Assembly (NCBI GenBank): GCA_965206595.1
Contig: OZ242214.1
Span: 480,001-544,000, forward strand
Origin: Candidatus Latescibacterota bacterium
Lineage (GTDB): Bacteria > Latescibacterota > UBA2968 > UBA8231
Direction: 5' to 3'
Length of the DNA: 64,000 nt
Shown here: positions 58,403 to 64,000 of the stretch, piece after piece
Position numbering within the stretch: position 1 is the first letter of the stretch
How the letters are laid out: each line of letters starts with the position of its first letter
Position numbers and translations under genes: made by a program
Notes under the pieces: model-generated
The model's input: only the letters and a program-made list of their open reading frames with translations
The model's database searches: none
Told to the model about the DNA's origin: nothing

Positions 58403-59851
58403 CTACGAACCGAGGAACTGAAACGCGTACAGCTTCACCCAGCGGCCGCTGAAGCGAAGCCGCACGTTCCTTCCGCGCAGCGCCGACAGATCGGCGGACC
58501 CGTTCCAGGTCGCGGTCTGCGCGACGTCGTTGAAGTGCAGGCGGTCCGCCTCGGTTCGGCCGTACCCCCACAGGGCGTGCCCGCTGGCGTCGAGGACCTC
58601 CACCTCGAGCCAGCCGCGCGAGCTGGCATCCATGTTCACCTGCAGCCGGTCCCCGGCGAGCGCGAACGGAACCGTGGTCAGGGACGATTCTCCGGAGTCG
58701 GCGTCCTGCGAAACGAAGCCGTCGAGGCGCACGCGGAGGCGGCCGATACCCCCGGGATCCCGGTGGCCGACGTCGAGGTCGTGCCGGTGCGGGTGGCCCC
58801 CGTAGTAGAGGAAGAGCTCGTCACCGGCGGGAAGGAGGCCGGCCCCCATGTAGAGCGACCGCGAGTCGAAGCGGCCCGTGGCTCCCAGCCGGACGAAGGG
58901 CTCGAGCCAGCGGTGGAAGCCGATGCCGTCGCGGCTCGTGGCCAGCTGGATGTCGAGGGTGTCGCTGGTGTGGTGGTAGGCCGAGGGGAAGATCAGGTAG
59001 GCGTCGGCCGCGAGGGGGTACTTGATCGCCGCGGTGTTGTAGAGCCCGCCGCCGGCCAGGTCGTCGTCCTCGGGGTGGCTGAAGTCCGGCTCGTGGACCT
59101 TCACCGGCTCGGGGAAGCGGGCGAAGTCGTCGCTTTCCGAGCGGGCGATGGAGCGGTAATCGAAGGAGCCGACCTGCCTGCCCTCCTCGTTTACGTGCAG
59201 GTGATCGTTCCAGCGCACGTAGGCGACGTAGCGCTCGATGCGGTCGTCCCAGAAGGCGACGTTGTGGGTGTCGGTGTACCACGGCATGATCGGCCCGTCG
59301 TACTTCGTCCAGTGGATGCCGTCCGGCGAGTGCGCGCCGATGACGGCCTGGTACTCCCAGGTCTCCAGCTCGCCGGTGAAATAGCGGAAGCGGGCGCCGC
59401 CGCAGTTGACGCTCGTGACCCCCCATTTCGACCGGTCCGAGCCGATCAGCTTGTAGCGCCGTTCCGGGACGTCGTGCGGGTCCTCGAAGACGCCGGCGTG
59501 GATGTCGCGGGCAACGATGTTGTTCTTCGTGTTCCCCTCGTATTCGCAGATCCCCAGCTCCGGCTTCTCCCACTCGATGCCGTCGCCGGATTCGGCGTAG
59601 CAGAGCCACTGGCTGCCGCCGCGGCCCTCGGTGCTGTAGTACCACATCTTGTGGGGGCAGTCGGTGCCTGCGGCGACGGCAGGCTGGCTGATGCCCCCGG
59701 CCTCCCACGGCCTGTCCGCGGCCAGCGCCGGCTGCTCGGCGCGCACCGCGGGGTTCATCGCCAGGTGAAACCCGCGCTTTGCCGCCACCAGGGCGTCGTC
59801 GAAGAGGATCTGCTTCTCTGTCCCGAATTCGTGCAGTGGCTGCGTCTCCAT
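58403..59851 (-). CDS. Five-bladed propeller glycosidase-like protein
   Basis: YAESGDGIEWEKP, SPDGIHW, TSRDGI, RLDGFVS, KLYAFQF. Confidence 0.75.
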   Translation of the reverse strand: METQPLHEFGTEKQILFDDALVAAKRGFHLAMNPAVRAEQPALAADRPWEAGGISQPAVAAGTDCPHKMWYYSTEGRGGSQWLCYAESGDGIEWEKPELGICEYEGNTKNNIVARDIHAGVFEDPHDVPERRYKLIGSDRSKWGVTSVNCGGARFRYFTGELETWEYQAVIGAHSPDGIHWTKYDGPIMPWYTDTHNVAFWDDRIERYVAYVRWNDHLHVNEEGRQVGSFDYRSIARSESDDFARFPEPVKVHEPDFSHPEDDDLAGGGLYNTAAIKYPLAADAYLIFPSAYHHTSDTLDIQLATSRDGIGFHRWLEPFVRLGATGRFDSRSLYMGAGLLPAGDELFLYYGGHPHRHDLDVGHRDPGGIGRLRVRLDGFVSQDADSGESSLTTVPFALAGDRLQVNMDASSRGWLEVEVLDASGHALWGYGRTEADRLHFNDVAQTATWNGSADLSALRGRNVRLRFSGRWVKLYAFQFLGS

Positions 59852-60172
59852 CGATTTTCTCCAATCCTGTCGGCCCCGCGGGGCCGGGGTTGCCTTCCCG
59901 GTGAATTCCCTCCACCGGTCATTCCGTTCCCGCGATGATATAAAGAGACGGCTGCGCCCGCTCAAGAAGGCACGACCCGAATGACCGCCCCGTGCCCGTG
60001 CTTCGCTTCGGTCGCTACCGGTGGATGTGCGAAGCCCGGGGTGCCGCGCATCACCCGAAAGAAGGGATTGCCTTCCCGGACTGATCCGGTCCGCATCGAG
60101 CCGATGGCGATTCGGCTGGCGTTTCACCCTGGCAGATCGTCGATGCGTGAAACATGTGCGTTTCGCAGGCGG

Positions 60173-61291
60173 TCAGGTTTGGGCGCCGGCGGTTTCGAGG
60201 AAGGCGATTGCTTTCTTGTGGTTCTTCTCGTGCGCCCGCGCCAGCGGGGTTCGCCCCTGCTTGTCCTTCTGGTTGATCCTGGCGCCGTGATCGAGCAGCA
60301 ACTGCAGCATCTTGTCGCTGGCGCCGAAATGGACTGCCACGTGCAGGCAGTTCTCGCCGTCATCGCTTTCGATTTTGTTGGGATCCTGTCGCTTCTCGAG
60401 CAGCCACTTCGCCCCCTTTATGCTGCGACCGGAAACCGCACAGCCGAGGGGGGTATAGCCACCGTGATGCCCGGTGCCGCGGGTACCGTCGAGTTTACCT
60501 CCGTACTCCAGTAGCATCTCCAGGGCGTCGAACTGCCCATCGCATGCGGCGTGGTTGATGGTGTCGTCGTCCGTGCAAGTGCCGCCAGCCTCGAGGAGCA
60601 TTTCCAGGACTTCCATGTTGTTGCTGTAGATTGCCTGATCGACGCAGCCGGTGATGTCGGCGCCGCAATCCAGCAGGGACCGCGCAATCTGTGCCAAGCC
60701 CTTGCTCTTGTTCTCGTCGTCTTTTCCGATATGTGAACCGACACAGTAGTTCAGGGATGTCCAACCATCGGCGTTCGCCCAGAGTTTACTGCCCTCGTGA
60801 TGAACTTTCGCCAGGGACGGATCCGCCTCCAGGAGGGTGTTCACGCGCTCGACATCGCCGAGGACGGCAGCGTGAAAGATGTCGTGCTGTTCAGGTGCTT
60901 TCTTCAGCAGGGCCGGCAGGAATTCGGTCGAATCGCCGGTGGCGCAGAGGGCAATTGCGCTGATGAGCCAATGGCTCCCGGGCATCAACGGGTCGGCGCC
61001 AGCATCGAGCAGGAGATCGACTACTTGGTGGTGCCCCTCGTGTTTGGGAACCGTCTTCTTGAATTCTACAGTGCGGTGCAAGGGACGGTAGCGGTGTGCC
61101 GATCTGGATTTGATGTTCGGATCGGCGCCGTTCTGCAGCAGGAGCGCCACGGCGTCTGCCTGTCCGACGAAACAGGCATCCATAATCGGCTGCCAGTCGG
61201 TCGCAAGCGTCTTGTCCTGATTGAGCATGGCGTTCATGGTTTCGAGGTCGCCGCGCCCGGCTGCGGTGGCGAGTGCTTTGGCGGGTTTCAT
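60173..61291 (-). CDS. Ankyrin-repeat protein
   Basis: LLQNGADPN, PLH, TPLGCA, LLDHGARINQKDKQGRTPL. Confidence 0.92.
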   Translation of the reverse strand: MKPAKALATAAGRGDLETMNAMLNQDKTLATDWQPIMDACFVGQADAVALLLQNGADPNIKSRSAHRYRPLHRTVEFKKTVPKHEGHHQVVDLLLDAGADPLMPGSHWLISAIALCATGDSTEFLPALLKKAPEQHDIFHAAVLGDVERVNTLLEADPSLAKVHHEGSKLWANADGWTSLNYCVGSHIGKDDENKSKGLAQIARSLLDCGADITGCVDQAIYSNNMEVLEMLLEAGGTCTDDDTINHAACDGQFDALEMLLEYGGKLDGTRGTGHHGGYTPLGCAVSGRSIKGAKWLLEKRQDPNKIESDDGENCLHVAVHFGASDKMLQLLLDHGARINQKDKQGRTPLARAHEKNHKKAIAFLETAGAQT

Positions 61292-61423
61292 TGTATTTCG
61301 CCCCTCGCTTGGGTAGTGGTAGTCAAGTAGGATGGCTTATTGGGAATCAATGATATGATAGAGGCTGGATCGCAAGGCAGTGTTAAAGTTGCGGGCCGTA
61401 TCCGGCCCTTGTCCGTGCCCGGC

Positions 61424-62011
61424 CTACCCGGCAGGATCGAGCTCGAAAAGACCCATTGACACGCGCCCCGAAACTTCACCGCCAAAGCCGACAAACGAAA
61501 ATCCAAAGGACTCGGCATTGGCCAGCACCTGCTCGAGCCCCGCGGGCTGCGCCCCATCCCGCGACCAACTGTGATACCAGCGCGCCCCATCGTTTGCAAG
61601 CGTAAAGCGGGTCGGCTCATCCGCCCAGCGTCCCGCGGGAATTTCAATCGGGTGGCCGCTGCAGTGCCAACGCGTGCCGGCAATATGCGCCCAGAAGTAG
61701 CACGCGGCCCCATTGAGCGCCAGGCCGTCCCCGCGCAGACTGACCCCCAACTCCGCCCCGCGCAGGTCGATGGGCCCTTCCCCCACCCAATTCTGATAGC
61801 GAATCAGCGGCAGGATCGACAGCGGTTTTTCGGGTGTATCGGCGCTCCACCGAGTATGATCGGCCCAGACATGACCGCCGCCGTCGATCCCCCCGGTCCG
61901 GGACCAGGTGGTCTGGATAAAAATATTGGCCCCCGCGATGATGCTCGCATGGTATTCGTAGGAGCACCAGCCTTCGGGCCCCTGCATAAAACTGGACTTC
62001 ATCTTCGACAT
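61424..62011 (-). CDS. Hypothetical Trp-rich beta-sandwich protein
   Basis: RBS GGAG; Trp/Gly-rich; no family certain. Confidence 0.55.
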   Translation of the reverse strand: MSKMKSSFMQGPEGWCSYEYHASIIAGANIFIQTTWSRTGGIDGGGHVWADHTRWSADTPEKPLSILPLIRYQNWVGEGPIDLRGAELGVSLRGDGLALNGAACYFWAHIAGTRWHCSGHPIEIPAGRWADEPTRFTLANDGARWYHSWSRDGAQPAGLEQVLANAESFGFSFVGFGGEVSGRVSMGLFELDPAG

Positions 62012-62140
62012 CACATCATCTCCCTGGTCAGGATCGCACAATTGCGACCCGCTATCAGCTCATATCGAGGTCTGGTGTGCACCCGTAGTCAAGCGCACGA
62101 ACAGCACGAAGAATAACAGGAACAGGGCCGCCGGGCAGGT

Positions 62141-63253
62141 CTACCTGAACCAGTCGTACTCCTCACGGAGCGAGCGGTCCGCAAGGGGAAGATCCACGCG
62201 GGCGCCGTTGCGGGCGGAAGATTCCTTCAGGGCGATGCTGGTCTCCAGGGCCACGGCCACCCTCCTGCCGGAGTTCTTCGGCTCGTCGAGCTTGCCGGCC
62301 AGGCAGTCCATGACGTCGGCCAGCGAGAAGATCGCCCCGTATATGCCGGTCTGGGGGCCGTCCCAGGGAAGCTCGACGCGGCACTTGGCCGTCTTCCGTC
62401 CCTCGGGCATCAGGGGTATCTCCGTTTCCGACCACTTGCGCCATCCATTGGACCAGTCGTGGACCAGCTCGCCGGTGGTGCCCGAGATGCGAAGCTGGGG
62501 GGCGCCGTGCCGGAAGTGGATGATGAGCCCGTCTTCGGCGACCAGCATGCCCTGGCCGCGGAATTCGTTGTTCTCGTCCTCCAGGTGGTGCCCGGTGCCG
62601 ACGACCCAGGCGGGAGGGGAGTCGAGGAAGTAGGACCAGTTCTGGTGCTGGGCCCCCGGCCCCCTCGTATCCATGGAGACGACCTCGCCGATGGCTCCTT
62701 CCTTCACCAGCTTTTTGGCGTGGGCGAAGGAAGGGTGGGTCGTGGTGATGGCCCCGCAGGAGAGGGGCACGCCGGCGTCGGCGCAGGTCCTGACCATGCG
62801 GTCGGCCTCCTCCAGCGAGTGGCACATCGGCTTGTCGGTCACGATACCCCTGGCGCCGGCCTCGACCGCGGCGCAGGTCAGGTCGGCGCGCCCCTTGGTG
62901 TTGGTGGCTATGGCGACGATGTCGAGGCGTTCCTCGCGCAGCATCTCGTAGGCGTCGGTGTAGACGGCGCCGACGCCGTAGCGCTCCCTGAAGACCTCGA
63001 TCCGTTTGGGGTCGCGGTCGGCCCCTGCGACCAGGTCGATTTCCGGCCGGTCGACGAGGGCCTCGGCGTAGGAGGTGGGCACCCAGTCGCCGGGGTACTC
63101 GTAGTGGTGGAAGGTGCGGTGGACATCGAGCTCCGGGGTGGGGCGGTCGATGTCGTCGACGTGGTAGCGGTCGGGGTGGCGGTTGTTGTAGGTGAGGTCG
63201 TAGAGCATGCCCATGTAGCCCAGGCCGACAACTCCGCCGCGGTATCCTGCCAT
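62141..63253 (-). CDS. Gfo/Idh/MocA oxidoreductase
   Basis: VVGLGYMG, LDIVAIAT, DKPM. Confidence 0.88.
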   Translation of the reverse strand: MAGYRGGVVGLGYMGMLYDLTYNNRHPDRYHVDDIDRPTPELDVHRTFHHYEYPGDWVPTSYAEALVDRPEIDLVAGADRDPKRIEVFRERYGVGAVYTDAYEMLREERLDIVAIATNTKGRADLTCAAVEAGARGIVTDKPMCHSLEEADRMVRTCADAGVPLSCGAITTTHPSFAHAKKLVKEGAIGEVVSMDTRGPGAQHQNWSYFLDSPPAWVVGTGHHLEDENNEFRGQGMLVAEDGLIIHFRHGAPQLRISGTTGELVHDWSNGWRKWSETEIPLMPEGRKTAKCRVELPWDGPQTGIYGAIFSLADVMDCLAGKLDEPKNSGRRVAVALETSIALKESSARNGARVDLPLADRSLREEYDWFR

Positions 63254-63405
63254 TTGTTTTCTCCTGATGTCAGTTATGGATCGTTGATTGGGGGGAGGAG
63301 CGCGGCCGGCCCGCAGGACTCGACAACCGGGCGCGGATTCCCTCGGCGCCACTCTCTTCCGGGCAAGTCGCCGTCAAACGCGGTGGCGGTTTTTCCATAC
63401 AGCAC

Positions 63406-63999
63406 CTACCGGTCCCAGCGCGACTGGCGGAATTCGATGCGGCAATGGACGTCGAGCAGCACCGTCCGCCCCCCGGCGTTCAGCCGCTGCGCCTGCTCGA
63501 GGGCGGGCACCAGTTCGTCCGCTTTCTTCACGACGATGCCGGCGGCGCCCATCGCTTCGGCCAGCCTGGCGTAGTCGCCCGTCATCTGCGCCATGCCGTA
63601 GCGCTCGCGGGCGGTCGGAAAGCCCCCGGGATAGGTAGCCATGCCGCCGTTGTCGAGCACCACGGTAGTGATCGGGACCTCGGCGCGCACGGCAGTTTCG
63701 ATGTCGAGGCCGGACATGCCGAAGGCGCCGTCCCCCATCACGTTGAGGCAGAACCTGCCGGGGTGGGCGAGCTTGGCTCCGATCATCAGGGGGATGCCGA
63801 AGCCCAGGTGGGTGGTCCGGCCCCAGCCGACGTAGCTGTGGGGTGCGGTGGCGGTGTAGAAGGGGACCATCGAATCGCGCGTCGCTCCGGCGTCGTGGGT
63901 GACGATGCTGTTCTCCCGGTCGAGGGTTTGGTCGATCGCGTGGATGACCCGGTAAGGATTGAGCGGCTGTTCGTTGGAGGTCAGCAGCGGCCTCCACTC
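63406..63999 (-). CDS. Thiamine-pyrophosphate-binding enzyme, C-terminal part; runs off the window
   Basis: THDAG, LGFG, GDGAFGM...LDNGGM. Confidence 0.88.
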   Translation of the reverse strand, partial: EWRPLLTSNEQPLNPYRVIHAIDQTLDRENSIVTHDAGATRDSMVPFYTATAPHSYVGWGRTTHLGFGIPLMIGAKLAHPGRFCLNVMGDGAFGMSGLDIETAVRAEVPITTVVLDNGGMATYPGGFPTARERYGMAQMTGDYARLAEAMGAAGIVVKKADELVPALEQAQRLNAGGRTVLLDVHCRIEFRQSRWDR

Positions 64000-64000
64000 C

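Noticed and set aside
61424-62011. Laminin-B/CBM assignment
   Set aside because: Resemblance too weak without a profile search

Overview
GC-rich bacterial chromosome segment with a mosaic structure. (1) 1-15.4 kb is a defence island: a 5'-truncated DrmMI/type IIG-like adenine methyltransferase, a Septu-like PtuA/PtuB pair, an HNH nuclease, an ART-fold gene split by an IS630, a MITE, a TIR protein, a frameshifted PD-(D/E)xK-like gene, a HEPN-like zinc-ribbon protein and a GmrSD-type DUF262/DUF1524 nuclease. (2) 15.7-27 kb holds carbohydrate/amide catabolic genes. (3) 27.0-38.0 kb is a visibly AT-richer, phage-like island bounded by a 12-bp direct repeat; it carries IS1182, IS66, a duplicated 63-nt structured element and a tRNA-like remnant. 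(4) 38-45 kb has a frameshift-damaged sigma-54 activator with a beta-propeller/Y_Y_Y sensor, divergent from a sigma-54 promoter that precedes a secreted defensin-like peptide and tandem secreted proteins ending in a conserved SWGxIK motif. (5) 45-64 kb has glycosidase-like propellers, a second defence cluster (VapBC, nuclease-helicase-methylase fusion, AAA+DUF3226), an ankyrin protein and metabolic genes. The gene content suggests a Latescibacterota/Poribacteria-like host, possibly a sponge symbiont; this is inference only. No CRISPR array, rRNA or intact tRNA was seen. All family calls come from motif recognition by eye; no database search was run.
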